A stretch of DNA of 64,000 nucleotides from an uncultured cyanobacterium. Its GTDB lineage: Bacteria > Cyanobacteriota > Cyanobacteriia > PCC-9006 > JAAUQQ01. The stretch is from assembly GCA_963718615.1 (NCBI GenBank), contig OY970368.1, positions 2,304,001 through 2,368,000 on the forward strand, given 5' to 3'. The notes under the pieces were generated by a model. That model saw only the letters and a list, made by a program, of their open reading frames with translations, ran no database searches and was not told the origin of the DNA. Below, piece after piece: positions 37,296-47,769 of the stretch; position 1 is the first letter of the stretch, and each line of letters starts with the position of its first letter. Made by a program: the position numbers and the translations under genes.

Positions 37296-39110
37296 TTATC
37301 TTTCGAAGGACCCCATAAATTCCGGCATTGTGATCTCCTGTCCTTGATTAATCCCTTCTTGGCGGAAGACTTTAACAAACGTGAGGTACAAAATTTTCAG
37401 ATCGAGGGCTAAACTCCAGCGATCGACATATTCGATATCCAGCTTAAATTTTTCGTCCCAGCTCAGGGTATTGCGGCCATTCACCTGCGCCCAGCCCGTG
37501 ATGCCGGGTTTAACCGCGTGGCGACGGGCCTGCTCTGGGCTATAGCGCGGCAGGTAGGAGACGAGCAGGGGGCGGGGGCCAATCAGACTCATATCGCCGC
37601 GCACCACATTCCAGAGCTGGGGCAATTCATCCAGGCTGAGTCGTCGGAGCCCTGTGCCCAGGGGCGTAATCCGCTGGGTGCCCGAATCGCCAGCGCCAGC
37701 GGTCATGGTCCGAAACTTGTAGAGCCGGAAGATCCGACCCTGCTCACCGGGGCGCAGTTGGGTAAACAGAACGGGGGTGCCCATTTGGAGGGCGATCGCC
37801 ATCGCCACCACCAGCATCAAGGGAGAGAGCATCACCAAGGCTAAGGCGGCTAAGCTGCGTTCGAGACCAGACTTGAGACTGCGCTGCCAAGGCGCGCTAG
37901 ACGGACGCACTTCGGGAGGGAACGGCTCTGTACCGCTGAGGACCTGCTCGTAGAGGCGATCATGCTGTTCAATAATCGTTTCTAGGTCGTAAGCCTGGGC
38001 CTGGGCGCGGCCTTGTTCGCCGAGGGTTTGGGCGAGGTCGGGGTGGTTGACCAGATCATCCAGGGCCGTTGCCAAGCCCGCCTGATCGCCCAGCTCGACC
38101 AAAATACCGCCCCCTTGGGCCAATAAATCCTCGGTGCCCCGAATCCGCGACCCAATCACGGGGGTTCCCAGGGCAAGGGCTTCGAGAATACAGCGGGGCA
38201 GGCCCTCCTGTTGAGAAACCAATACCAGCGTCCGAGCGGCGCGAAGCAGTCGGGGAATATCAGTTCGCTGGCCGAGGAAATGGACGCGATCGCCAATCTC
38301 CAAGTCGATCGCCAACTGTTGCATCTCCCCCTTGATCTCCCCCTCCCCCGCCAGCAGCAAATGGGCCGTCTGGGACTGCATTTGGGCAAAGCCCTGGAGC
38401 AAATCGGCATGGCGTTTGCGCGGGATAAATTCGGCAATGGAGAGGATTAGGGGGGTGTCTGGGGGCAACTGGAGCTCGGTGTAGAGGGCTTGAATGGAGG
38501 ACGGGGCGATCGCCTCCGGGTTGTAAAAATCCAGATCAACGCCAATCCCCGGCATGTAGGTCAGCCGATGGGGGCCGCTGAGTCCTGACAATCCTTCACA
38601 CAATCCGCCACCCACGAGCTGATAATCATAGGCGGCCTGCTGGTCTTCACGATTAATCACGATAAGGTGATCGGTCCAGCGGCCTGCGATGCGTTCTAGG
38701 GTTGAGAAAACTAGATTTTTGAGGGGATGGCCGCCTTGGTAAAAATGGAAGCCGTGGGCGGTATAAATGACTTTGACGCGACCTTGGCGACGGAGCGATC
38801 GCAAGGCCCAGCGGGTGACAAAGGCGGCAACGGGCGTATGGACATGGACCAGGTCGTAGCCTTCGCGGGCCACAATGGTTTCAATTAACGGAGCCGCTTG
38901 TTTCAAATTCTTGGGGTCGAGGGGATTGCGAGACCACTGGATATCCCAGAGGCGGTCAAAATGGGCCTGACAGCGTCGGGATGTGGAGACGCCGAGGGCG
39001 AGGGCATCGACCTGCCAGCCTTCCGCCCGAAAATGCTGGGCTAGGGGCAGCAAAAAGGCTTCTAGGGTAATGGGAACGGTAGTAATGAGCAGCAGCTTGC
39101 GAGGAGTCAT
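37296..39110 (-). CDS. GT4 glycosyltransferase fused to a monotopic phosphoglycosyltransferase (sugar transferase)
   Basis: N-terminal HVHTP/YTAHGFHF/EGLPRCILEA; C-terminal KFRTM, SLDELPQLWNV.RGDMSLIGPRP and PGITGWAQV.GRN. Confidence 0.92.
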   Translation of the reverse strand: MTPRKLLLITTVPITLEAFLLPLAQHFRAEGWQVDALALGVSTSRRCQAHFDRLWDIQWSRNPLDPKNLKQAAPLIETIVAREGYDLVHVHTPVAAFVTRWALRSLRRQGRVKVIYTAHGFHFYQGGHPLKNLVFSTLERIAGRWTDHLIVINREDQQAAYDYQLVGGGLCEGLSGLSGPHRLTYMPGIGVDLDFYNPEAIAPSSIQALYTELQLPPDTPLILSIAEFIPRKRHADLLQGFAQMQSQTAHLLLAGEGEIKGEMQQLAIDLEIGDRVHFLGQRTDIPRLLRAARTLVLVSQQEGLPRCILEALALGTPVIGSRIRGTEDLLAQGGGILVELGDQAGLATALDDLVNHPDLAQTLGEQGRAQAQAYDLETIIEQHDRLYEQVLSGTEPFPPEVRPSSAPWQRSLKSGLERSLAALALVMLSPLMLVVAMAIALQMGTPVLFTQLRPGEQGRIFRLYKFRTMTAGAGDSGTQRITPLGTGLRRLSLDELPQLWNVVRGDMSLIGPRPLLVSYLPRYSPEQARRHAVKPGITGWAQVNGRNTLSWDEKFKLDIEYVDRWSLALDLKILYLTFVKVFRQEGINQGQEITMPEFMGSFER

Positions 39111-39176
39111 GGTGGGGTCGTTGAATAGGGAACCGGTAGAGCACCCTGATTCAATCTCACAGGATCTGACGGGATC

Positions 39177-40544
39177 TCACAGGACCGTCATCTCGCGGGT
39201 GCGGCGTTGAAGTCTGGCTTCTGTCTGTTGCCGGACATGGCGATAGAAGAGACGGCGCTGGGTTTGGAGGATGTCGGATTCAAAGCCTTGGGCGCGCTGC
39301 CAGTTGCGCAGGGACATGAGGGTGAGTCGCTCGGGCGATCGCACCACTTCACAAAGCTTCCGGGCCAGGGCCGCAACATCGCCGGAGGGCACCAAGTCCT
39401 CTTGAGCCAGCAACTCGGGAATCCCGCCCACGGCTGAACCGATGCAGGGTAACCCCTGGGCCATGGCTTCGACCATCGCACGGGGCAAGCCTTCTTGGAA
39501 TGAGGGCATGACAAAGACATCCGCTTGGGCCAGTTGCTCCCGCACCGCTTCACTGGAGGAAAGCTGACCCAACCAAGTGATGCGAGAGGCAATGCCCAAA
39601 TGCTGGGCTTGGGTTTCGAGTTGTGGGCGATACTGTCCTTCTCCCACAAAACTGACTTGGAGATCAATGCCTTGGGCGACGGTGGCGGCGATCGCATCCA
39701 GCAAAATATGGGGCGCTTTGTAAAGCTGGGCCAAGGTTCCTATAAATAGTAGTCGAATCGGGCAATCCTGGAAGGCGTCGTCGCGGTAGGTCCGGGGGGT
39801 GGTCGCAAAGGCTTCTGGTGGCAGCTCGACATCGGAAACCCCAATCGCTAGAGGGGCGCAGGGATAGCGGCGTTGCAGCGCGGCTTCGGTGACATAGGCA
39901 GCGGCGATCGCCCCGGCGCATTGTCGCTGGAGCTGGCGGGTCAGATGTCCCCGCAACCAAGGCCGGAGGGGATGCTGAATGGAACCCGGTGCCAAAACAT
40001 CGTAGGGGTCGGCCACCACTTCCACGGCATAGGGATGCTGCTGCTGACGCAACCAAGGTTCTAGGGTATTGGCCAGGGGCGAGCCCACCCGCAGAATCAC
40101 CGCATCCTGGGGAGTCACCGCCTGTCGCACCGCTTGCCGCACCTGCCGCACCTTTTGCAAATATTGCCGGGGACCGACGTAATAGGGCACTGCCGCGAAG
40201 CTCACCCCTAGACCATCGGCTCGTCGCCAGCCTGCTGGCGGATGGGAGATGGGTTGCAGCCTGGCAACGACGTGAACGGTGTCAAAGACGTCCAGATATC
40301 GTCCCCAAAAGCCATAGGCGTTGGTGGCTGGGGTCCAAACTGCACCGTCTGGGGTTTGGGCAAACCGCTGTTCGAGCACAACGACAACACGGGAACCACT
40401 CGGCTGGGGGGGAGAGCTGAGGGCTGGGCTGAAAGGCGTTGGGTTTAAAGACATTGGACTTACAGGCATTGGGCTTAAGGGCGTTAGGCCAATTTCTTCA
40501 GCTTGGCTGGATGGAAGGAATTGCAGTTCAGAATCGAGTGTCAT
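39177..40544 (-). CDS. GT4 glycosyltransferase
   Basis: EGLPRAMVEAMA and VGGIPELL motifs. The ATG at 40544 overlaps the upstream TGA. Confidence 0.9.
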   Translation of the reverse strand: MTLDSELQFLPSSQAEEIGLTPLSPMPVSPMSLNPTPFSPALSSPPQPSGSRVVVVLEQRFAQTPDGAVWTPATNAYGFWGRYLDVFDTVHVVARLQPISHPPAGWRRADGLGVSFAAVPYYVGPRQYLQKVRQVRQAVRQAVTPQDAVILRVGSPLANTLEPWLRQQQHPYAVEVVADPYDVLAPGSIQHPLRPWLRGHLTRQLQRQCAGAIAAAYVTEAALQRRYPCAPLAIGVSDVELPPEAFATTPRTYRDDAFQDCPIRLLFIGTLAQLYKAPHILLDAIAATVAQGIDLQVSFVGEGQYRPQLETQAQHLGIASRITWLGQLSSSEAVREQLAQADVFVMPSFQEGLPRAMVEAMAQGLPCIGSAVGGIPELLAQEDLVPSGDVAALARKLCEVVRSPERLTLMSLRNWQRAQGFESDILQTQRRLFYRHVRQQTEARLQRRTREMTVL

Positions 40545-41692
40545 GGTAAGAGGGGATAAATTTGAATGGCTAAGGGGGCAAGCGTGGTGCGGAGTGGGGT
40601 TTTGGGCTGAATTGGCAAGCTCTGAAAACTCACGGTTTGGGGTTGGTTGGCCAGATTGAGGACGATCAGGAGATCGGGCTGATTTGTATCGAGATGCCAT
40701 TGCCCGACAAGGACGGATTCGCCTAGCCGATAGACGTCTGGAGGACCGCTCAAAAGCCAAGGTTCAAAGGATTTAAGCTCAGGCACCAAGCTCTGCAAGC
40801 CCTGCCACAACTCGGGATGATCCGGTAGAGACCAGGATGGATCGCGAAAGGTGTAGTACAAAATCCCCTGAGCTCCAGCCAAAATGGCCTGATAGGTCAT
40901 GTTGCGCAGTTCCGCAAAGGTGGGGGCTCGGGTCTGGGGCCGCAGCGCGGTCTTTTCCCACTGGAAGGCTTGTAAATTGGCGATGACGGGGGCCACGTTT
41001 TGGACTGAGGTTTGAGCCACCGTGACGGCATTGTGAATCTCGCTAAACGTGGCGGTGAGCGATCGCTCGGGAATCGGATAACTCTGCATCCCCATCCAAT
41101 CGGCACTGTCCCGATAGCGCTGTAGCACCACTGGATCGGGATCAAAGGCACTAATGTAGGTCGGATGGAGCGGGTCCTCGGCTTTCACTTGGGCCTGGAG
41201 TTCGTTCAGGGCTTGGGGGGTATGGTTGCGGTTGACATCATCACCAATGTTCCAGCCAAGCAGTGCAGGATGATGTTGAAAGCGTTTTAGGACTTCGATG
41301 CGAGGCAAATTGGATTGATAGTCACCGATGATCTGGAGCTGCAAAGCTTGAGCCTGATCGAAAACCGCTTCTGTGGCCTCTAGGTCATCGTAAATCGCTA
41401 AATGAATCGTATTAAAACCAGCTTGAGCGAGGGCCTGAACAGCGGCTTTTTGCCCTGCGAGCCAAGGTGAGGTTTTAGCGGCATCAACACGATCATAATC
41501 TACATAATAAAAGCCAAAGGGAAAGAAGGGTAGAGGAGTAAAATAGGGAGGAGAAAAATGATCAACAGGCGACTGTAAGGCGATCGCAGAAAATCTACCT
41601 GACACCCCCGACAGCCACTGGGGTTGAGGAAGCCCGACGAATATTAGAAATACAAAAAAACCAAGAAACATGATTTTAAGTCTCTTCATCAT
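40541..41692 (-). CDS. Secreted glycoside-hydrolase-like (TIM barrel) protein
   Basis: Signal-like N-terminus, FFPFGFY, AGFNTI, HPALLGW, DPLHP, QSYP and GAQGILYY motifs. Confidence 0.65.
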   Translation of the reverse strand: MMKRLKIMFLGFFVFLIFVGLPQPQWLSGVSGRFSAIALQSPVDHFSPPYFTPLPFFPFGFYYVDYDRVDAAKTSPWLAGQKAAVQALAQAGFNTIHLAIYDDLEATEAVFDQAQALQLQIIGDYQSNLPRIEVLKRFQHHPALLGWNIGDDVNRNHTPQALNELQAQVKAEDPLHPTYISAFDPDPVVLQRYRDSADWMGMQSYPIPERSLTATFSEIHNAVTVAQTSVQNVAPVIANLQAFQWEKTALRPQTRAPTFAELRNMTYQAILAGAQGILYYTFRDPSWSLPDHPELWQGLQSLVPELKSFEPWLLSGPPDVYRLGESVLVGQWHLDTNQPDLLIVLNLANQPQTVSFQSLPIQPKTPLRTTLAPLAIQIYPLLP

Positions 41693-43104
41693 GCTCCACC
41701 TCGAAGTTTCCTGGGTTGGGGAAAAGCCCTATGCGGTGTGGGGCGAAGGGCGATCGCCACGGAACAAAAATAGAAATGTAAAAAACCAATCAGGGCCGGA
41801 ACGGGATAGAATGTCTCCTGGGCTAAGCCTGAGAGTAGATGGGTAATACTCATCCAAAACATGGCTTGAGGCATGGCTTCTTGTTGCCGCAGGGCAATGA
41901 GAATTTGGCCAAAGAGCAAAATGGCTAATCCCAGACCAATTACGCCTGCCTCGGATAGAATGTGAAGCGGTAACAAATGGGCGCTTTCGCCAGAGTCAGT
42001 CGTGTCCCAACCGGAACCAAATCCCCCACCCACAATCCAACGAACTGGGCGATCGTTGAGGAAGTGAATCTTTGCGGCCCAGCGTTCATCTCGACCACTT
42101 AAGTTTTCTGTATTGCCTGCATCTAAAAGCGTTGCTTGGCGTTCAATGAGCGAACCGTCGGTGGATTCTAGGCCCGATAAATCTAACCCAGGTAAGAAGG
42201 GAGAGACGACAATTAAGGTTAAGAACGCAGCCATTAACCAAGCTAAGCAAAGTGGCTTTTTCAGGAAGAAAATCAGCGCATAAAATAAAATGAGTCCTAG
42301 TCCAGTCCGGGCTTCGCTAAAAAAACAGGCCAGAATAGTGAATAGCAGGAAGCCTGTATTGCGCCAATCTTGAGACGCAGGGGCTAGATGCATGCGCAAG
42401 CCAAGCAACATGCTGAGCTGGGTTGCCACGTAGGCATGGTTGTAGCCTAATGTCCCCCAACCCGCACCGCCATATTTGCCAATATTGGCGTAGGCGCTCC
42501 AAGGGCCTGATCCCTTTCCCGGCGGCAGATGGGCGGTGATGCTGCCCAGGGGAATGACCTGAAAAAAAGTCAGCAAGACCGTGAGACACCCCACAATCAA
42601 GGCCGCATCCACCACCCAAGATAGCCATTTTTGGCGTTTAGCATCGATCGGCAGTTTAGCGGTGATCCCAAAGACGACCACCACCTGCAACATGCGATAA
42701 ACTTGGTATTGTCCCAACTTGATGCCAATTAGATCGCCATCCCGAACGCTGCCTACGTAAAAGTTGTAGGAAATCATTGAGGCGATCGCCATCACCCCCA
42801 ATAGCAAAAAAACTCGCCGCTGCACCTGCGTCATGGGCTGAAGATGACGCCGCTGGAGCAGCCAAGCTCCCCCCAATCCCAACACCGTCAAATCCGAGAG
42901 CGTAGGCCACATCGCCCAAGGTCCCGCAGGCACCAAAGGGATGGTAATACATTGGGCAAAAAGATAGCACAGCAACAGACCAAACAACAATCTGGACCCC
43001 CCCAAGGCGCGTTCGGCCTGGGTAGAACCGTTGATGTCTAATCCTGTCGGGGGGAAAGCAGTTGCATCAACCAAGGTAGAGGGCCTCCAACTGCTGAACG
43101 CCAT
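41689..43104 (-). CDS. O-antigen ligase/Wzy-type polymerase
   Basis: More than 10 hydrophobic segments with ARTG, LSGR..W, GGGFG and SAH...L.EAGVIG. Start uncertain. Confidence 0.75.
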   Translation of the reverse strand: MAFSSWRPSTLVDATAFPPTGLDINGSTQAERALGGSRLLFGLLLCYLFAQCITIPLVPAGPWAMWPTLSDLTVLGLGGAWLLQRRHLQPMTQVQRRVFLLLGVMAIASMISYNFYVGSVRDGDLIGIKLGQYQVYRMLQVVVVFGITAKLPIDAKRQKWLSWVVDAALIVGCLTVLLTFFQVIPLGSITAHLPPGKGSGPWSAYANIGKYGGAGWGTLGYNHAYVATQLSMLLGLRMHLAPASQDWRNTGFLLFTILACFFSEARTGLGLILFYALIFFLKKPLCLAWLMAAFLTLIVVSPFLPGLDLSGLESTDGSLIERQATLLDAGNTENLSGRDERWAAKIHFLNDRPVRWIVGGGFGSGWDTTDSGESAHLLPLHILSEAGVIGLGLAILLFGQILIALRQQEAMPQAMFWMSITHLLSGLAQETFYPVPALIGFLHFYFCSVAIALRPTPHRAFPQPRKLRGGA

Positions 43105-44236
43105 AGTCGATGTTGAAGGGGCTTTGGAGCAGGCTTTCAAGGCTGGCAGGGGCGATCGCCCCTGCCTTTCTCCGTAGGGCAATCAGCGCCTCAACCCAGT
43201 TTTCCAGCGGCTCAGTAAGTGACACAGATTGAACCCAATGGGGCGGAATCCGAGTCTCCGGGGGAATGGCCTCAGACACCAAACAGGGCAGCCCTGCCGC
43301 TTGAGCTTCGATTAACACCAGAGGTAGCCCTTCGTGGTGGGAAGGCAGACAGAAGCAGTCCATAGCCCCTTGCATTAGCCGAGGCACATCGGGACGAACG
43401 CCTGCAAAAACCACCTGGGAAGCAATGCCCAGTTGCTGAACCCAGCGACGGATCTCGGCCTCAAGCTCGCCCGTACCCACGAGGAGCAAATAAAAAGATG
43501 GATCCTGGGCGATCGCCCCAGCCAAGCAACGAACCAAGAATTCATGGTTTTTCTGGGGAGCAAACCGACCCACATGGCCGACCACAAAAGCCTCTGGGGG
43601 AATCCCGAGTTCGGCGCGCAACTGCGCTCCCTCGATTCGCTCCTGAAATGGCTTGAGATCTACTCCGCAATAGAACACACGCCAACGGGAATCCTGCTGC
43701 CAGTTTTGCGTAAACAGATCCTGGGCCGCAGGCTCACTCACCGCCAATCCCTGGGTTGCATACCGCCTTAGCCAATAGCCCATAAGCTGTTGATAAAGCC
43801 GCCGCTGGAAAGGCGTTTCCAATTCCCGCGTATCGTTATGGCTGTGGGCGATTCGTTGAGGAATGCTCAGTTGATGAGCCAACCGCAGGATGTAGCCACT
43901 AAAATAATGAACATGGCTATGAACCGCATCATAGGCAGGACGAGCCTGCAGCAGTTGCTTGAAAACTTGTCCGTAGCGCCGAGGCTGGTGGGGATAGGGA
44001 CAGACCAAAATTTCACTGCCCAAGGCCCTGGCCTCGTCGTCATATTGACCCGGTTCATCAGTGTGGACCAAGAAATCAATGGCTAGGCGATCGCGATCTA
44101 CCCGGCGCAGCACATGCATCAACCAGGTTTCGATACCGCCCCGATTGAGACTGCCGACGACCTGTAAAATGCGTCGAGGTTGAACCGCCTGGGCAGAGGA
44201 GACCGGCGGTCTAGGCCTTGAGGCGAGAGAGGGCAT
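43067..44236 (-). CDS. GT4 glycosyltransferase (EpsF-like)
   Basis: GGIETW, HSH, GHVGRF..QKNH and EGLPLVLIEAQAAGLP motifs. Confidence 0.92.
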   Translation of the reverse strand: MPSLASRPRPPVSSAQAVQPRRILQVVGSLNRGGIETWLMHVLRRVDRDRLAIDFLVHTDEPGQYDDEARALGSEILVCPYPHQPRRYGQVFKQLLQARPAYDAVHSHVHYFSGYILRLAHQLSIPQRIAHSHNDTRELETPFQRRLYQQLMGYWLRRYATQGLAVSEPAAQDLFTQNWQQDSRWRVFYCGVDLKPFQERIEGAQLRAELGIPPEAFVVGHVGRFAPQKNHEFLVRCLAGAIAQDPSFYLLLVGTGELEAEIRRWVQQLGIASQVVFAGVRPDVPRLMQGAMDCFCLPSHHEGLPLVLIEAQAAGLPCLVSEAIPPETRIPPHWVQSVSLTEPLENWVEALIALRRKAGAIAPASLESLLQSPFNIDYGVQQLEALYLG

Positions 44237-45467
44237 GGATAAAAACTCCCAAACTAATCAGCACTTGCACGACAGCAGCTAGGACCAAGGCATAGGCTGC
44301 GCCCAGTAGATGAAATGGTGGCATCAATCCCCAGCAGGCGATCGCCGATACCCCCGTGACCCCGAGAAACAAAGGCACTTGCACCTGGAAATAGCGCGCC
44401 GCTGAGACGGAATATCCCAAAAATGACCCGACATACCCCAATCCGGCGGCCACCATCAGCCATACCAATAGGACGGACTGTTCGGCATATTCAGGACGGT
44501 AGAGCAACGTCAGCAATGGCTTACCAGCGACCAGTGCCACCAAGACCGCCGCGCTGCCTAACCCGCCGCCCATTAGGATCATTTGTAATGACAACCGTTG
44601 AAAGGCAGGGCGATCGCCCTGGGCATAATACCGGGCTAGACGAGGACTGGCAGAATTCCCCAAGGCATTCACGATCATCGTGCCGACCACCATGAGATAG
44701 GCCAAGGCCGAAAAAATGCCTAGCTCTCGTTGACCCAATGTCTGCTCAATAAAATAGCGGGGGATGTTCGTATTGAGGGAAATCAACATCATCACCAGTC
44801 CAAGGGGCAGAGAGGTGCTGAGCAACTTTTGCAGAGGCAACCGCTGCCAATTGGGCTCTAGAGGACCTAATTCAGGATAGGCTGCCAAAATTTGCTGACA
44901 GCAGGGCAAATCATAGGCAATCAAGACTGCTAGCCAGGAGAGACTGAGTGCCAGACAACCGATGAGCAAATTTCCTGTCAACCCGACCCCAAGGCCCAGA
45001 AAAATCAGCGAAAGGGTTCCCTTAATCATCAGCGATTGGGAGAGGCGATCGAGCTGTTCCTGTTGCTGCAGCAAGCCATGGCAAATGTCGCTGATGGATT
45101 CGATGGCCTTGGCTAATCCCATGAGCAGGACTACCCCTGCGGTTTCACCCCGGTAGCCGCTGAGGAAAGCGATCACGGCGATCGCCAGCAGCGAAGTCCA
45201 GGTGGCAAACAATCGCAGCCCTAGGTAATGGCCAAATCGATATTGATTAGCTGCATCGGTCGACTGTACAACCCGGAGCTGGAGATTGGTAAGCATAACC
45301 ACGGGGGCCGTCACCGCCAGTCCCAGCGTGAACTGACCCACCATCTCTGGGCTACCCAGTTTGGCTAGCACAACCAGCATGCCCCACTGGGATGCGGCAT
45401 ACCAACCATTGCCTACCAACGTCCAGGCAAAATTATGACGAAGCGTTAAAGGCCGAATGGGTGTCAT
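44211..45467 (-). CDS. Wzx-type oligosaccharide flippase
   Basis: Polytopic membrane protein with an NFAW...G.F.L MOP-family N-terminus and LGIFSA. Confidence 0.85.
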   Translation of the reverse strand: MTPIRPLTLRHNFAWTLVGNGWYAASQWGMLVVLAKLGSPEMVGQFTLGLAVTAPVVMLTNLQLRVVQSTDAANQYRFGHYLGLRLFATWTSLLAIAVIAFLSGYRGETAGVVLLMGLAKAIESISDICHGLLQQQEQLDRLSQSLMIKGTLSLIFLGLGVGLTGNLLIGCLALSLSWLAVLIAYDLPCCQQILAAYPELGPLEPNWQRLPLQKLLSTSLPLGLVMMLISLNTNIPRYFIEQTLGQRELGIFSALAYLMVVGTMIVNALGNSASPRLARYYAQGDRPAFQRLSLQMILMGGGLGSAAVLVALVAGKPLLTLLYRPEYAEQSVLLVWLMVAAGLGYVGSFLGYSVSAARYFQVQVPLFLGVTGVSAIACWGLMPPFHLLGAAYALVLAAVVQVLISLGVFIHALSRLKA

Positions 45468-45469
45468 GG

Positions 45470-47485
45470 TTAACAGGGTTGGAGCGAGGCTAAAAGATCG
45501 GGATCAGCGATCTCCAAATCTGTTTTTAGCTCAGGACTTGAATCCACCGTAGAAGACTCGGTTTGACTCAGACGAACGACTCCGTTGGGATTGGGCTGAT
45601 AGCCAACCACATGGGATTTAAGTAGATTAACTAAAGTGGAATAATCATTTTTCGCTGCGGCTAAAACTAAATGCAATACCACATGGTCTAGTCCCGCAGG
45701 GAGTTGCCGGCTGGCATTGGGAACGGTCAAGATGGTCTGGTGTTTGGTTCGTTCGTAAACCTCGCCGGGAATAAACAGCTCTTCGTACAGTTTTTCGCCG
45801 GGACGAAGACCGCTGTATAAAAGTTTGATGTCGCGATCGACTTCATAACCAGCTAGTCGAATCAAATCCTTGGCCAAGTCAACAATTTTGACCGGTTGAC
45901 CCATGTCTAGCATAAAGACTTCGCCCCCTCGACCAAGGACTGAAGCTTGCAAGACCAACTGAACTGCCTCTGGAATCGTCATGAAATAGCGACAAACATC
46001 GGGGTGGGTAATTGTAATCGGTCCCCCTGCTTGAATTTGACGCTGGAAAGTGGGAACCACACTCCCCCGGCTCCCCAGAACATTGCCAAAACGAACCACG
46101 ACAAAGGCTCGTTGATAGCGCTGCGCTGCTTGCAAAACCACCATCTCCGCCATGCGCTTGCTCGCCCCCATGATATTTGTGGGATTGACCGCTTTGTCGG
46201 TAGAAATCATGACCAGATTCTGCACGTCAAATTGGACCGCAAGGTCAACCAAGTTTTTGGTGCCAATCACATTGCTGCTAATTGCCTCGGGAGGATTGAG
46301 CTCCATCAACGGCACATGCTTGTGAGCGGCGGCGTGAAAAATGACGCTGGGACGATAGCTTTCAAAAATATGTTCAAGGCGTTTACGATTGCGAATATCG
46401 GCGATAATAGCTTTGATTTCCGGTAGCCGCTCAGGCTGATGGGCTTTTAATTCTTGAATTGCTCTTTCGAGTTCTTGCTGGATCAAGAAAATCGAGTTTT
46501 CACCTTTGCCTACTAAAATAATGGTTGTGGGTTCGGCTCGAAGAATTTGGCGACACACTTCACTGCCAATGGAGCCACCTGCGCCAGTGACTAAAACGCG
46601 CTTGGCCCCTAAAAATCGCCTGACCTCTTCGATATTGGTTTGAATGGGTTCCCGACGCAACAAATCCTCCAGACGCAGTTCGCGGGTTTGCGTGAGGGAA
46701 TGGGGACTCCGTAGAATTTCGTCGATTCCAGGCAGCGTCAATGTGGCAATTCCTAGTTCACGACCCATTTGCATCAGCTCCCGAATCATAAAACCGGGGG
46801 CGGTGGGCATCGCGATGATGATTTTGTCAATTTGCTGCTGACGTACGATTTGAGCAAGTTGGTGGCGATCGCCCAGTACAGGAATGCCCCTAATTTTGAG
46901 GTGTCGCTTGTGAGGATCGTCATCAACAAATCCCACGGCTTGGAGCTCTAGATGGGGACTGGTCCAGAGAGAATTAACAAAGGCAATTCCTGCGACGCCT
47001 GCACCAATGACCAGGACCCGTGATTGACTTACATGACGCTGATGATAACGCTGTTTTCCGGTGGCTAATGCGCGAATACTCAGGTGGATTCCGAGGATTA
47101 AAACGAAGCTGACTAGGGCATCAAGGAATGGAAGCGATCGAGGCAGATTGCTAATGGAAGGAACCGCAAGGGTAAATAAAACGCTGAATCCAAACAGATT
47201 TGCGATGCCTGCGAGCAGGACTCCAAACACTAGCCGCATGACTTCATCAAGCCCTGCATGACGCCAGTAGCAGCGATAAACGGAGCAGGCGATTAAACAG
47301 GCAATCTTTGTGACTAAAAAGCAGGGAATGATTAGAAGCAGTCCTAGGCCGTAGCGTGGCCAATCAATCATTCCATCTAATCGAAGACATAAAGCCAAGA
47401 TGGGGGAAAGCAGGGCTGCAAGTAGGTCAATCCAAATTAGCCCTACACTTTCCATTCGAATCCAGGGACGGAATGCGATATTCAT
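45470..47485 (-). CDS. CapD/PglF-type nucleotide-sugar 4,6-dehydratase
   Basis: N-terminal TMs, TGAGGSIGSE, HAAAHKHVP, STDKAVNP, MGASK and RFGNVLGSRGSV. Start uncertain (up to 47533). Confidence 0.93.
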   Translation of the reverse strand: MNIAFRPWIRMESVGLIWIDLLAALLSPILALCLRLDGMIDWPRYGLGLLLIIPCFLVTKIACLIACSVYRCYWRHAGLDEVMRLVFGVLLAGIANLFGFSVLFTLAVPSISNLPRSLPFLDALVSFVLILGIHLSIRALATGKQRYHQRHVSQSRVLVIGAGVAGIAFVNSLWTSPHLELQAVGFVDDDPHKRHLKIRGIPVLGDRHQLAQIVRQQQIDKIIIAMPTAPGFMIRELMQMGRELGIATLTLPGIDEILRSPHSLTQTRELRLEDLLRREPIQTNIEEVRRFLGAKRVLVTGAGGSIGSEVCRQILRAEPTTIILVGKGENSIFLIQQELERAIQELKAHQPERLPEIKAIIADIRNRKRLEHIFESYRPSVIFHAAAHKHVPLMELNPPEAISSNVIGTKNLVDLAVQFDVQNLVMISTDKAVNPTNIMGASKRMAEMVVLQAAQRYQRAFVVVRFGNVLGSRGSVVPTFQRQIQAGGPITITHPDVCRYFMTIPEAVQLVLQASVLGRGGEVFMLDMGQPVKIVDLAKDLIRLAGYEVDRDIKLLYSGLRPGEKLYEELFIPGEVYERTKHQTILTVPNASRQLPAGLDHVVLHLVLAAAKNDYSTLVNLLKSHVVGYQPNPNGVVRLSQTESSTVDSSPELKTDLEIADPDLLASLQPC

Positions 47486-47769
47486 GAATGAGACTCCATC
47501 GGTCATCGCAAAAACGATTATTGGAGAATGCAAACCCTAATCCGAAAATAGAAATTTAGGGATTTAATTAAGAGGCTTTGATCGAAATGTTATTAGTCAC
47601 ACTCAGTGAATTAAAGTGAACTAAACAAGGTGACTCTTCTCATTCTACAACTTGTTTTTAATCAATCCGACTTTACTTTGATTAAATGCTTTAAACCTGT
47701 TTTTATGTTTGTAAAAAATATTTGAATAATAAATGAAAAAGTATCGAGTTGTGGAACTGAAAACTGGTT

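Noticed and set aside
43044-43067. C6 tract after a TGATG overlap as a phase-variable start for wzy
   Set aside because: The wzy frame is open with upstream ATG/TTG starts, so no frameshift is required; too speculative.
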